From an uncultured Verrucomicrobiae bacterium (lineage in GTDB: Bacteria; Verrucomicrobiota; Verrucomicrobiia; Chthoniobacterales; Chthoniobacteraceae), in assembly GCA_963828525.1 (NCBI GenBank), contig CAWHEP010000002.1, forward strand, positions 416,001 to 480,000: DNA of 64,000 bases, read 5' to 3'. Below the pieces are notes generated by a model. It had not been told where the DNA came from, searched no databases, and saw only the letters and a list, made by a program, of their open reading frames with translations. Shown in pieces: positions 42,141 through 52,536 of this stretch. Each line of letters opens with the position of its first letter. The first letter of the stretch is position 1. Both the position numbers and the translations under genes were made by a program.

Positions 42141-43348
42141 AAGGGTACGGCGATGGGTGCGGGCTCCGGCGGCGCCGAGGGGGCAGGGGACCGCATGGCC
42201 TTTTCAAGTGGGGTAAAAGTCATTCCAGCGCACTTGTCCCAGGTAAACTTCGCTGCCCAGTCCCTTCCTTGTTTTCCCATCGAGGCATGCAAAGAATCGT
42301 CCGTCAGCAGCTTCTCGAGAGCGTGGCTCAGCGCCTCCACGTCTCCCTCTGGAATCAGCAGGCCGGTTTGCTGGTCCTGGACCACCTCGCCCACCGCGCC
42401 GCTGCGAAAACCGACCGCCGGCGTCCCCTGAGCCGCCGCTTCCAGATAGGCGAGTCCGAAACCTTCCACGCGGCGGGGCATGGCCAGCGCCGGCAGGCAA
42501 AACACCCGCGCCAGCCGGTAAAGCGCGCGTACGTCGCTCTCCGAGATCTTCCCGGTCAGGATCACCGGGAATGGGGCTGCCGCCGCCAGCACTTGCAACC
42601 GTTCGTGATATTCCCGATCGATGGCTGTGCCGGCAATTACGTAACAGAAATCGCGGATTCCCCTTTGCCAGAGCCGGTCCAAAGCTTCCAATGTCAGCAG
42701 ATGTCCCTTGCGTTCCTCCAAGCGGGCCAGCGTAAGAACAATTTTGACGCCTTTGGCTTTCTCCAGGTGGCGCGCCGCTAAGTCCACTTCGCCCCGGGTA
42801 GGTTCCGCAAACCAATAAGAACTGACGCCCAGATGTGTCACCAGGGATTTCTCCGCTGGAAGAGCGGGAAAGTTAGCGTGCAGCATCTCCCGGGTAAATT
42901 CGCTGTTGCATGCGACGCGCGCGCACAGCGCATAAGGATCTCCTTTTACCATTAATTTGGCCGATCCCGACTCGGAGAGGCTGATGACGTCCGTGCCATG
43001 CGCCGTGCACTGAAAACGGAGGGGACGAAGCCGCGCAGACGCGCCCAAGGCAATGGCATAGGGCAAATCCGCGGCATGAATGACATCCCATGGTTCTTTC
43101 GCCACAAATCGCATAACCTCCATCATCATGGCAGGCAGCCGCGAGGTGCGGTAAAGACCGGCCTTCTGGCGATATACCGTAAAGCCCTCCTCCTCATCTT
43201 TCAGCGTTTCGCGCCTCTGCCCGTAATCGGGAGCAACCACGGAAACCTGATGTCCCGCGCGCACGGCTGCCCGCGCCATTTCTAGCGCATAGCGCCCGAT
43301 TCCACCGGGGTACGGCGCAAACTCATGGGTGAACATCAGAATTTTCAT
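42137..43348 (-). CDS. Glycosyltransferase family 4
   Basis: GGIGRY, AHGTD, CNSEFT, ARLEERKG, VEGFGLAYLEAAA.G.P. Confidence 0.9.
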   Translation of the reverse strand: MKILMFTHEFAPYPGGIGRYALEMARAAVRAGHQVSVVAPDYGQRRETLKDEEEGFTVYRQKAGLYRTSRLPAMMMEVMRFVAKEPWDVIHAADLPYAIALGASARLRPLRFQCTAHGTDVISLSESGSAKLMVKGDPYALCARVACNSEFTREMLHANFPALPAEKSLVTHLGVSSYWFAEPTRGEVDLAARHLEKAKGVKIVLTLARLEERKGHLLTLEALDRLWQRGIRDFCYVIAGTAIDREYHERLQVLAAAAPFPVILTGKISESDVRALYRLARVFCLPALAMPRRVEGFGLAYLEAAAQGTPAVGFRSGAVGEVVQDQQTGLLIPEGDVEALSHALEKLLTDDSLHASMGKQGRDWAAKFTWDKCAGMTFTPLEKAMRSPAPSAPPEPAPIAVPL

Positions 43349-43364
43349 GTGATTCCCCCGCGCA

Positions 43365-44324
43365 TTAGTGACGCCGCCCATCCAACCCGCAATAGCCGTC
43401 AAAAAGCCCTCTGAGAACCCACCATACTCCCGCCCAGTCCCTCGACTTATTTTGCAGAAAACGGTTGCGCAGAAAGGCGGCGGCGCGAATCGAGGGGCGG
43501 AACAGTTTTACCCAAAGCGTCCCGTAGCGCAGGCTTAAAAGTGTGAGGGTATTCCGGACATAGTAATAATCCTTCCAGGTAATGGCCAGCGGGGACGATT
43601 CCTGGAGCTTGCGATGCATGATCGCGCCGTGCACGACAAAGGCGCTGAAGTGCTTCCGGCACCGCGCACTGTAATCCGTATCGTCCGCGATGATGAAAAA
43701 GTTCCGGTCCGGAAACCCGATCTGTTTAATGATTTCCAGCGGGATAAGCGGGCCTTCGAAAGTAAATCCTTCTACTTTCGTCCTGGCCTGGCCGTCGAGC
43801 ACCGCTTCCAGCACGGAACGCAACCGCACCGGCCCGTGATCTTTGAGTGGATGGGTGAAATCGAGATAGATCTGCTCGTTGCCCAGCGGGCGGCTGTCCG
43901 GTGTAAAACGCAACGGACAGAGAACCGTTGGCTCCGTCATCTCTTCCGCGCAGGAGAGAAGAGCCTGCAGGCACCCTGCGTCCGCGATCACATCGTCATC
44001 CATGCACCAGATCCAGTCATGGCCTTGCGCCGCCGCCTCCTTCATTCCGGTAAAGAAACCACCCGCTCCGCCAAAGTTTCCTTGGAGAATGGTTTGGAAG
44101 TCCTGCTGGTCCAGCCATGCCTGGCTTTCGTCCGTGCTGCCATTATTCACCACCAAGATCCGGTCGGGAGGCCGGGATTGCGCCCGCAGCGAGGCGATGC
44201 ACTCTTTCAGCATCTCCAGCCGATTGTAAGTGATCACGACCGCGCACACCGTTTTCGGAGCGTGCGCAACGGTGCTCACGCCATCTGTTTCTGCCCTGGC
44301 AAGCTCGGAGGGTAAACTCATCAT
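43365..44324 (-). CDS. Glycosyltransferase family 2 (GlfT1-like galactofuranosyltransferase)
   Basis: AVVITYNR, VVNNGSTD, N.GGAGGF..G, WIWCMDDD, F.G, FFI.ADDTDY, YYYVRN. Confidence 0.8.
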   Translation of the reverse strand: MMSLPSELARAETDGVSTVAHAPKTVCAVVITYNRLEMLKECIASLRAQSRPPDRILVVNNGSTDESQAWLDQQDFQTILQGNFGGAGGFFTGMKEAAAQGHDWIWCMDDDVIADAGCLQALLSCAEEMTEPTVLCPLRFTPDSRPLGNEQIYLDFTHPLKDHGPVRLRSVLEAVLDGQARTKVEGFTFEGPLIPLEIIKQIGFPDRNFFIIADDTDYSARCRKHFSAFVVHGAIMHRKLQESSPLAITWKDYYYVRNTLTLLSLRYGTLWVKLFRPSIRAAAFLRNRFLQNKSRDWAGVWWVLRGLFDGYCGLDGRRH

Positions 44325-45568
44325 AGATCTGTAGTCAGGACCGCCGGATCTTGGACGGGGAACAGCCGCCTGCCCCGCGGCGCGGAAAGCAGATTCTTCA
44401 GACGCACGCGCATTGGTTCCTCGAAGCGAAGGAAGATGGCCATGCTGGCGAGAGTGGTCAGCAGAAGAGTGATCGTAATGAGCAGAAGCAGGAATTGCAT
44501 CGGCGAGAAAACGCCCCCGCAAAACCGGGCCGGGCACAGCATGAGGAGGTACGAGAGGATCGGCATGTGAAAAAGATAGACGGCATAACTCGCGTTCCCC
44601 AGCAGCAGGGCGGCTCTAAAGGGAGGGTAGCCAAGCGCTGGCGCGGGCAGCATGGCCGCACCCGCAATGATACAGGCAAATCCCGGCAGGCACCAGGTGC
44701 CCATGGAAAAGATGAAGGGCAGGAAGAGCGAAGTGCCGACCCAGCCCGCCCCTGCGGCCAAAAGGAGAACTGCCCGGCGCTGTGGCGCGGCGCCGAGATG
44801 CGGCTTGAGCCCCGCACAAAGAATGGTTCCGGCGATGAACTCAACCACGCGCAGCAAGGGGAAATTCTCCACGATATGCTTCATCTGCATCCCGGTTCCC
44901 AGAGCCGGATCCCCTTGAGTCGCGGCCCACCAGGTCGAGTAATTCACCGCCCCTCCATACTTCACAAAAAACAGCGACGGCGCCACCAGTCCGGCCAGCC
45001 AGAGAAGAACCAGCCATGCTGCCACGCGCTTCAAACTTTTCCCGGAAAAATGGCGGGTCACAAGGGGCAACAGCCACGGAAGCGAGCAGTAGAAGAAAGC
45101 CTCGCAAGAAAGCGTCCATCCCGGACCATTCCAGAATCCCGCAATCTTCGGATACCATGACTGAGTCAGAGTCAAAACCATCAGGCCTTTTATGACTTGG
45201 AAGAGATGAAAACCTTCCCCCCGGATGGTGACAATCAGAACGGGAAGGCTGAATAACAGCGCGAGATAATAGACTGGCAAAATCCGGGCGGCCCGGGCCG
45301 TGAGATACCCTTTGATGGAGGAGATGACCGGGTAATTCCACACCAGAATAAACCCGGAAAGCATAAAGAAGAACGAAACACCCAGATACCCGCGATCCAC
45401 AAACATCCCGACCGGGGTGTGAACGATGCGTGAGATGTCCGCCATGGAACCCACCTTTAGCCAGCAATGAAGCGCCACGACCCAGACGGCGGCGGGATAG
45501 CGCAGCGCCGTGAGCCACGGGAGCGGGGCGGGCCGGTGTGCACTGGTATCTTGAATTGCGGCAGACAT
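44321..45568 (-). CDS. Acyltransferase family 3 (OafA-like O-acyltransferase)
   Basis: LTALR..AA..V...H, GVSFFFMLSGF, RILPVY, WTLSCEAFFY, LGNASYAVYLFH, EEP.R. Confidence 0.9.
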   Translation of the reverse strand: MSAAIQDTSAHRPAPLPWLTALRYPAAVWVVALHCWLKVGSMADISRIVHTPVGMFVDRGYLGVSFFFMLSGFILVWNYPVISSIKGYLTARAARILPVYYLALLFSLPVLIVTIRGEGFHLFQVIKGLMVLTLTQSWYPKIAGFWNGPGWTLSCEAFFYCSLPWLLPLVTRHFSGKSLKRVAAWLVLLWLAGLVAPSLFFVKYGGAVNYSTWWAATQGDPALGTGMQMKHIVENFPLLRVVEFIAGTILCAGLKPHLGAAPQRRAVLLLAAGAGWVGTSLFLPFIFSMGTWCLPGFACIIAGAAMLPAPALGYPPFRAALLLGNASYAVYLFHMPILSYLLMLCPARFCGGVFSPMQFLLLLITITLLLTTLASMAIFLRFEEPMRVRLKNLLSAPRGRRLFPVQDPAVLTTDL

Positions 45569-45590
45569 CGAATGGTCTTTCTAGTTGGTT

Positions 45591-46760
45591 TTAAACGGCT
45601 TGCTTGGTGCGTTGCGGGCCGAATGCCGGAATGGCGCATTTCGTCTCCTGCTTGCGCAGAAAGATTCGGGAGAAATCCAAAGCTTCCCCGATAATTTGGT
45701 CCATATCGAGATACCGGTAAGTGGCGAGCCTTCCGACAAACGAAGTCTTCTCCACTTCGTTGGCCATTTCCATGTACCGGCTTAGAAGGGCACGGTCCGG
45801 CGCGAGCCCCTTGGGATAGAAGGGCGTGTCCGCGGCGGTCGTCTCCTTGCTGTATTCGCGGAAGGCGATGCTGTTCTCATGCGTTTCCCAAGGCGCGAAA
45901 TGCTTGTGCTCGTGCATGCGCGTGAATGGGACATCCGGTTCCGGATAATTGATCACCGCGTTGCCCAGCAGATCCCCCTTGCCGCGATAGCCCTCGAACT
46001 CCACCGTGCGGTAGCCGAGCCGGCCATGGCAGTAATCAAAAAAACCGTCGATCGATCCAGAGCAGAAACAGTGCTGGCACTCGGCCAGCATGCCGCGATC
46101 AAATACTTTCCCTAACTCTACGGTAATAGAAGGATGATCGAGCATCTGTTCGATCACAGCGGTATATCCCTCCTTCGGGATGGCCTGGAAGCGGGTGCCG
46201 TAGTAGTTGTCGTCGTAGTTAAAGCGAATCGGCAGCCGCTTGAGGATGGAGGCCGGCAACTCGCGCGGCTCGCAGCCCCATTGCTTCCTGGTGTACCCGT
46301 AGAAAAAAGTCTCGTAGAGTTCCCGCCCGAGCATCTTAAGAGCTTGTTCCTCGAAGTTCGCCGGTTCGCCGATGGATGGGTCTCCCAGCGAGCCCACGAA
46401 CTCGCGCGCTTCGCCCGGCGTCAATCGTTTCCCGAAGAATTGGTTGATCGTGTGCAGGTTGATCGGCATCGAAAAGACGCCGCGTCCCGTAGAGGCCTTC
46501 ACCCGGTTGGTGAACGGCATCCATTCTCCGAAACGCTGGATGTAATGCCACACGTCTTCGTGATTGGTATTGAAGATATGCGGTCCATACCGATGCACCA
46601 TCACGCCCGTCTCAGCGTCTCGTTCCGTGTGGCAATTGCCCGCCAGGTGCGAGCGGCTCTCGAGTACGCGCACCCTGCAGGCAGAGTGTTCCGCGATTTC
46701 CCGCGCCAGGACCGCGCCGCTGAAACCTGCCCCTGCGATGAGAATCTCGGAATGCGCCAT
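45591..46760 (-). CDS. glf: UDP-galactopyranose mutase
   Basis: GAGFSG, AGNC, H.YGPHIFNT, GYT.KQWG, RLPIR..YD..Y, TR..EHKHF, P.YP, GRLATYRY.DMD. Confidence 0.95.
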   Translation of the reverse strand: MAHSEILIAGAGFSGAVLAREIAEHSACRVRVLESRSHLAGNCHTERDAETGVMVHRYGPHIFNTNHEDVWHYIQRFGEWMPFTNRVKASTGRGVFSMPINLHTINQFFGKRLTPGEAREFVGSLGDPSIGEPANFEEQALKMLGRELYETFFYGYTRKQWGCEPRELPASILKRLPIRFNYDDNYYGTRFQAIPKEGYTAVIEQMLDHPSITVELGKVFDRGMLAECQHCFCSGSIDGFFDYCHGRLGYRTVEFEGYRGKGDLLGNAVINYPEPDVPFTRMHEHKHFAPWETHENSIAFREYSKETTAADTPFYPKGLAPDRALLSRYMEMANEVEKTSFVGRLATYRYLDMDQIIGEALDFSRIFLRKQETKCAIPAFGPQRTKQAV

Positions 46761-46765
46761 GGTTG

Positions 46766-48220
46766 CTACACTTCAGGCAAATTGGATGCATCGGGAGGCA
46801 GGGAAGCATCGTCCCCTGCCTCGGAGTAAGCGTCCGAAGCCAAAGGGCCTGCACCGCCGCCCGCGATCGCGCCGGGCAAGGCCGCCCGGTAGGAAAACAC
46901 CATGCAGGCCACGAGGATCAATACCTCGCTGCCAATGTTAATAATCGAGGCGCCGAGCATCCCGAACCTGGGGATCAGCAGCAGGTTCAACAGCAGCGAA
47001 AGAGCGGCGGTAATGCTCATGATGACCAGCATGGTGCGATCTTTCCCCAGGGCCCACAGGCCCCAGCCGAAGATTCCGTTCAGGAGCACCACGAACTTGG
47101 AGGCAATCAGGAAACAGCAAGGCAGGGCCGCATCCCGGAACCGCTCGCCGAACACATAGGGGTAAGTCATCGGCACGACCACGAACGTGGCCACGATGGC
47201 GGGGACGGAGAGAAGCAAGATGACTTTCGCCACATTCAACTGCTTCTCCCAGAGATGGCCCGCGCCAAGTTTGGACCATTCGATCATCCTGGGGTAGAGC
47301 AGCGCCGGCAGCAGAGCCAGCAGCGGCTGCACCGCTCCCACTACCTGGATGGCGCTCCGGTAGCGTCCCAGTTCCTCCACCGAGCGCAGCCAGCCGATCA
47401 AAGGCCACTCCAGGCAGGTGTAGCAGTAAATCACGATGGCGCTCAGGAAAAGATAACGCCCGCGCCAGAGGCGGTTCAGCCCCTGCCGCGCCATGGAAAG
47501 GGAGATCGAGGGCTGGTGTTTTTGCGGCATGGCCGCGCGCCACATTAAGACTCCAATGGTGATTGCGACCGCGGCGTTGATGACCAAATCGCTGCCGGCT
47601 GGCGAGGTATGGCGCAGCAGCGCGAAGGAAAGCAGCGCCGAACCCACTGCCCCGATGGCCGCGATACGTTGTTGCGCCACCTGGTCTTCCTGCGCCTGCA
47701 GAAGCCAGTCGCACGTGCCGGCGTTGGCGACCAGCATGGCCATGCCCATGGTGGTCGAGAGCCACCAATTGACCGGCAGCTTCAGGCAAAGTGCGATGGC
47801 CGCCCAAATGGCGGAGAGCAGAAGCGCACAGCCGAGGCGGTAGCTGAGCGTCTCCGACACGAGGCGCTCGTTGCCTGCGGGGCCGTGCTGGTCGGATTTG
47901 TATTCCCGCACCAGTTGCGGCGTCAGGCCGAATTGCACGAGCAGCGCCGCCTGGGAGTAGAACGCCGTCGCCATCCCGGAGATGCCGAGCTTCTGCGGGC
48001 CCATGCAGCGCGTAGTCCAGATTCCGCCGGCGGCCGCGGCGGCGATGCTCGCCATCCGCCAGAAGCCCATTTGGAAAAGCTTTTTGACCAGGCGTTGGGT
48101 AGCGCCCGGTTCGACGGTGGGGGCGGCGGTGGCGCCGCTCCGTTCTTGACCGCCGGGCAGCGCGAACTTGAGAATCCCTGCCGGCGTTCTAGCCGTTGGC
48201 AGTTGCCGTCCCATAGACAC
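46766..48220 (-). CDS. Second Wzx-type oligosaccharide flippase
   Basis: Polytopic; TRCMGP..LG, FGL...VRE, WLLQAQE, LGRYRSA, LNLLLIPRFGMLGA; start uncertain. Confidence 0.8.
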   Translation of the reverse strand: MSMGRQLPTARTPAGILKFALPGGQERSGATAAPTVEPGATQRLVKKLFQMGFWRMASIAAAAAGGIWTTRCMGPQKLGISGMATAFYSQAALLVQFGLTPQLVREYKSDQHGPAGNERLVSETLSYRLGCALLLSAIWAAIALCLKLPVNWWLSTTMGMAMLVANAGTCDWLLQAQEDQVAQQRIAAIGAVGSALLSFALLRHTSPAGSDLVINAAVAITIGVLMWRAAMPQKHQPSISLSMARQGLNRLWRGRYLFLSAIVIYCYTCLEWPLIGWLRSVEELGRYRSAIQVVGAVQPLLALLPALLYPRMIEWSKLGAGHLWEKQLNVAKVILLLSVPAIVATFVVVPMTYPYVFGERFRDAALPCCFLIASKFVVLLNGIFGWGLWALGKDRTMLVIMSITAALSLLLNLLLIPRFGMLGASIINIGSEVLILVACMVFSYRAALPGAIAGGGAGPLASDAYSEAGDDASLPPDASNLPEV

Positions 48221-50320
48221 CCTTTTTCCCGTATTCTCCGCTGTAGTAATAGTAGTAGCTGTGGTCGCGCTGGGAGATGTGGTTCAGGACGACCCCCGTG
48301 GGCTTGGCGCCCGCGTTTTCGATCAGCTTGCAGGCCCTTTGCACGGAGGGCGCGGGGGTCTTGCCCGCATGAATGACAAGGCAGATCGACTTTACCTTTT
48401 TCACCAGCAGCAGCGTGTCGCTCACGGCATGGACCGGCGCGGTATCGATCACGACCCAGTTGAACATTCCGGCGACGTCCTTCAGCAGCTTGTTGAGCTG
48501 CGGGCTGGCCAGCAATTCCGCCGGGTTCGAGACGCGCGGCGCCCGCGGCCAGCACGGTCAGGTTCGGGATATCCGGGATCGTCCGCACGATTCCTCCAGG
48601 GTCGACTGACCGGTCAGCACCGTGTTCAGTCCCAGTTTCGGCTGCAGCCCGAGCAGCGTTTGCGCCACCGTCGGCAGGCGCAAATCCGAGTCGATCAACA
48701 GCGTGGGCTGGCCGAGCTGGGCGAGCGAGATCGCGTAATTCACCGCGCAGAAAGTCTTGCCCTCGCCCGGGACCGCGCTGGTGAAAAGGATCATGTTCCG
48801 CTCTGTCTCCCCGGTCTGGATGGAGAGCGAAGTGCGCAGGGTGCGGAAGGCCTCGGCAATGGCGCCAGAGGGGTCCTGATTGACCAGGAAACGGCTTTCC
48901 GGAGGCCGGTTTCACCATGTTGCGGCACGGCTGCCAGCGCCGGCAGGCCCAGCGCGAATTCCGCCGCATCCACCGAGCGGAAGGAGGAATCCACGCGAAG
49001 TCAGCGCGAAAATCACGCACCAGCCGAGCATGAGACCGCCCAGGACGGAGGCCAGGATCACCAGCAGCTTCTTCGGCTTCGAAGGGCTTCTGTGGCAACA
49101 GGGCCGGCGTTGACGACCCGGATGTCGTTAGAGCCGATTTCCCGGGTCACCTCGGTTTCCTTCAGCCGCATGCGCACGGCATCGTAGAGCTGCCGGTTGG
49201 CCTCCACCTCGTCGCGCAAGGCGTTATAGGGGATTGCCACCTTGTCGTTGGCGAGCTTCGCCTTCTCCATTACCTTCAGGTCGGCCTCGAAGTTGTCGTC
49301 CGTCTGGCGTGCGGCCTCCACCGCGGTGGCCAATCCTTGCGCCGCCTGCACCGTGGCGCGGGCCAGCGCGGCCTTCAGCCCCGCTAGTTGCGCCTGAGCC
49401 TGGATGTACGCGGGATGCTTCGGCCGGTACCGCTTGGAAATCTCCGCCGCATTCGCTTCCGAATCCGACACGCTTTTCTGGATCTGCAGCACCGCCGGAT
49501 CGCTGCTCACGCTGGAGATGCTCAGCAATTGGCTCACCTTGTCCTCGCCGGTTCCGCTGCTCAGGACTCGCTGCACCTGCGCGTAGTCGGACTGGACCTT
49601 GAATAAATCCTGTTTAGCATCGTTCAGCTTATTGTTTAAGGCCAGCAGCTTGTCGTCGATGAACGTCTGGCTGTTCTCCAGCGCCACCCCCGGGTGCTGG
49701 TCCTTGAAGGCCTGCGCCTCCTGCTCCGCGATCTGCACCTGGCTTTTCAGCCGGTCGGATTCTTCCAGCAGGAACTTGTTGGCCTCGCCGGAGAGGCCTG
49801 CCCGCTGCGCGATATTGATGCGGGTGTACTCTTTCAGGATTTCTCCGGAAATCTGCTGGGCCAGCGCGGGGCTCCGGTTGCTGGCCGTAATGTTGATCAG
49901 GCGCGTGCCGCGCACCAGTTTCACGGACACGTTGTTGTTCAGGGCGTCCACCCGTTCGCCATCGGTGTAGGCCGGGCCGTCGGGCTTCGGTTTCAAGCCC
50001 AAGTCGTCGTCGGTCAGTTTCAGGCTCTGGATCACCCCCAGCAGCAGCGGCGGACCCGGTCAGATTCGTCTCGATCGTCTTCAAGACCTCCGTCTGCTTC
50101 AGGTCCTGGGTGTTGATATCCTCGATCTTGACGAATTTGCTTTCCTCCTGCTCCACCTGCACCACCGTGGTGGCGGAGTAAGTCTTCGGGGTAATCGACG
50201 ATGTAGAGAGCGCCGAGCAGGACGGTGGCGGCCAGGCAGCCGATCATGACCCACTTGCGGTCGAGTGATCGTGTAAAAGAGCTTCCGGAAATCGATCTCG
50301 CTCTCCTTCGATTCCGCCAT
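48189..50320 (-). CDS. wzc: Wzc/GumC-like polysaccharide co-polymerase tyrosine kinase; frameshifted
   Basis: RYRPKHP coiled-coil region, Walker A VPGEGKT, LLIDSDLR, VVIDTAP, C-terminal HSYYYYYSGEY tyrosine cluster. Confidence 0.88.
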
Positions 50321-50357
50321 GGAGTTGTTATTTGGAGTTTCTGGTCATGTGTGCCCT

Positions 50358-51040
50358 TTAAAAAATGCTCTCGGATACCGTGATGACGTCGTCGGCTTGG
50401 ATCTCGAAGGAATCGCTCGAGCAGCCGCCCGCCGCCATCTTTTTGGCGTTGAATGATAGATCATCTGCTGGTTCTTGACTTTCCGCTTCACCGCGACATT
50501 CGAGGGGTTGGCCACGCGCGTGTAGCCGCCCGCCATGCCGATCGCCTCCAGCAGCGAGACGGAGGACCGGTCCGGAATGTCATAGGAACCCGGCTTCTGC
50601 ACTTCGCCCAGCACCGTAAAGCTGCGGCGCGCATACTCGATGACTCGCAGCCCGACGTGAGGATTTACCAGGTAGTCCTTATTCAGTAGATTCTGGATGA
50701 GTTTCGCGGCCGCCAGCGGGGAGAGGCCGCCCACCTTCACGCGGTCGATCAAGGGGAAGACGACCGCTCCATCCTGCGCCACCCGCAGCGTGGAATCCAT
50801 GTCCGGTTCCTGGAAGACTTTTACCTCGATGAGATCGCCCGGCATCAGGATGTGATCGTCCGCGTCCGCAGCTGGAGCGGCGGCCTCGCGCCCTGGGCGG
50901 GAGCGGCCGCGGCCGCGGCTGCTCTGGTCGAAATACCGGCGCGCGGCAGGGGCGTCCGGCGGCGCGGCCAGAAGGGTGGCGGGGGCGAGCAGGCAGGCGG
51001 CGGCCAGGACTCGCAGCAGCGGTTTAAGGAAAGAAGTCAT
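50358..51040 (-). CDS. wza: Polysaccharide export protein (Wza/SLBB); C-terminal frameshift
   Basis: PGDLIEVKVFQEPDM, DG.V.FPLI..V.V.GL, YLVNPHV, VLGEVQKPG.Y, LLEAIGMAGG. Confidence 0.85.
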
Positions 51041-51052
51041 GTTGGGCACAGA

Positions 51053-52533
51053 TTAGAACAAGAGATCGAGATCGAGGGTTGCGCGGTTGTCGTCGAAGTT
51101 GAAACGCTCCAGCGGAAGAATCGTCGTGCGAGTAATTATAGGCCAGGGTGACTGCCAGATGCGCGGTCAGGTGGAAGCCGAGGAAGCGCCAAGCTGAAGC
51201 CCATCGTCCGTGCGCTGCACATCGCCGCAGCCGCCCTCGGTCCCGTAAGCGTCATTCGCCATAGCCGCCATGCAAGGTAGAGTGACCTTTTTCCATAGCT
51301 CCTGCGAGACCGACAGGGTGAAGCCGGTGTTGACGATATTCTGGCCGACGTATTCGGCGGAATTCGTCACGAGGCGCGAGGCGGAGAGTCGGAGGTTGTC
51401 CCCTCGAAGGGCTCATAATCGACCTCCAGGCCGAAGACCGGGTTCGTCTCCGTGCCTGCCCCGGAAAATTGGCGGAACTCGACGCCGCCAAAGAGGTTGG
51501 CCGAAAGGTGCGCGCCCGGTATCGTAGGTCACGCGGGTCAGGATTTGCTCATAGGTTTGGTCCGGGCCGGAATCGACCGCCACATAGCCGAACGTGGCCC
51601 CGGCGGAGATGTTCGTCTTCGGCATGACCTGGTAGTTCAGGTAATTCCGGTCGATCCATTCCGAGGAGCCGACCAGGCCGCTTTGGTTGTAATGGTGGGT
51701 GATCACGTTCAGGTCCGCCTCCACGGATGTCCGCGCGCTGAACGTCATAGCGGGAATCCACGGCCATATTGAACTCGGACTGCCGGACGCGCGTCCCGGA
51801 GTCCTGGAGCGCTTCCGAGAAGAGGCGGTAATTGCGCCCGCACATCGGTCACCAGGCCGCCGAAGAGCCAGCGCGCCGCCGATGCGTGGCGTCATGATCG
51901 AACGTGTTTTCGCTCGTGAGTTCTTGAGAAAGGCCGTGTATCCCGGCGTGTAACTGGCGAAAGAGAAACGAGCGCAGGTCGTAATCCGCGCTCCGCAGGC
52001 CCTCGTAGGTCTCCTGGAACGCGCCCAACTGCGTGAGCTGGTCGCGGAAATCGCCCCAGCCGACGCCACAGCCCGCGCCACGCGGTTGTATACAGATCGG
52101 CCTTCCGTTGGTCGGGGTAATAAAAATGTTGTCATCATAGGTCGTGATGACCTCGGACGATGGGCGCCACGTCCGGCCGGCCGATGCTCTGTTTGCGCGA
52201 CCCGTTGATGTCGACTTCCGGCGCACTCGGCGCGGGCGCAGGCGCGGGCGTGTTGTGGGAGGTTTCCTGGGGAGGACCGGCGTGCGGCAGGGGCTCCTCG
52301 GGCAGGTAATGGTTCGGCCCGAGCTGCGTCCGGCTCGGTCCAGGTAATCCCGGGGCTCGGTTGTGCCGGAACAGGGTAGCGCCGCCGGACAGATCCGAAG
52401 AGCGCCCTGCCGGAAAATCCCGGCGAAGCCAGACCAGCGGAAGGACACGAAGCCCCGGCCGACTTCCGCGCCTGCGTTCGCTCCTTACTTCCTTTTGTTC
52501 CTGCTGTTCCATAGGGGTGCTCGGATCGGCCAT
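51053..52533 (-). CDS. Outer-membrane beta-barrel protein associated with EPS export; heavily frameshifted
   Basis: TYDDNIF motif, alternating beta-strand pattern (YLNYQVMPKTNISAGATFGYV), C-terminal NRATLDLDLLF*. Confidence 0.65.
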
Positions 52534-52536
52534 GCT

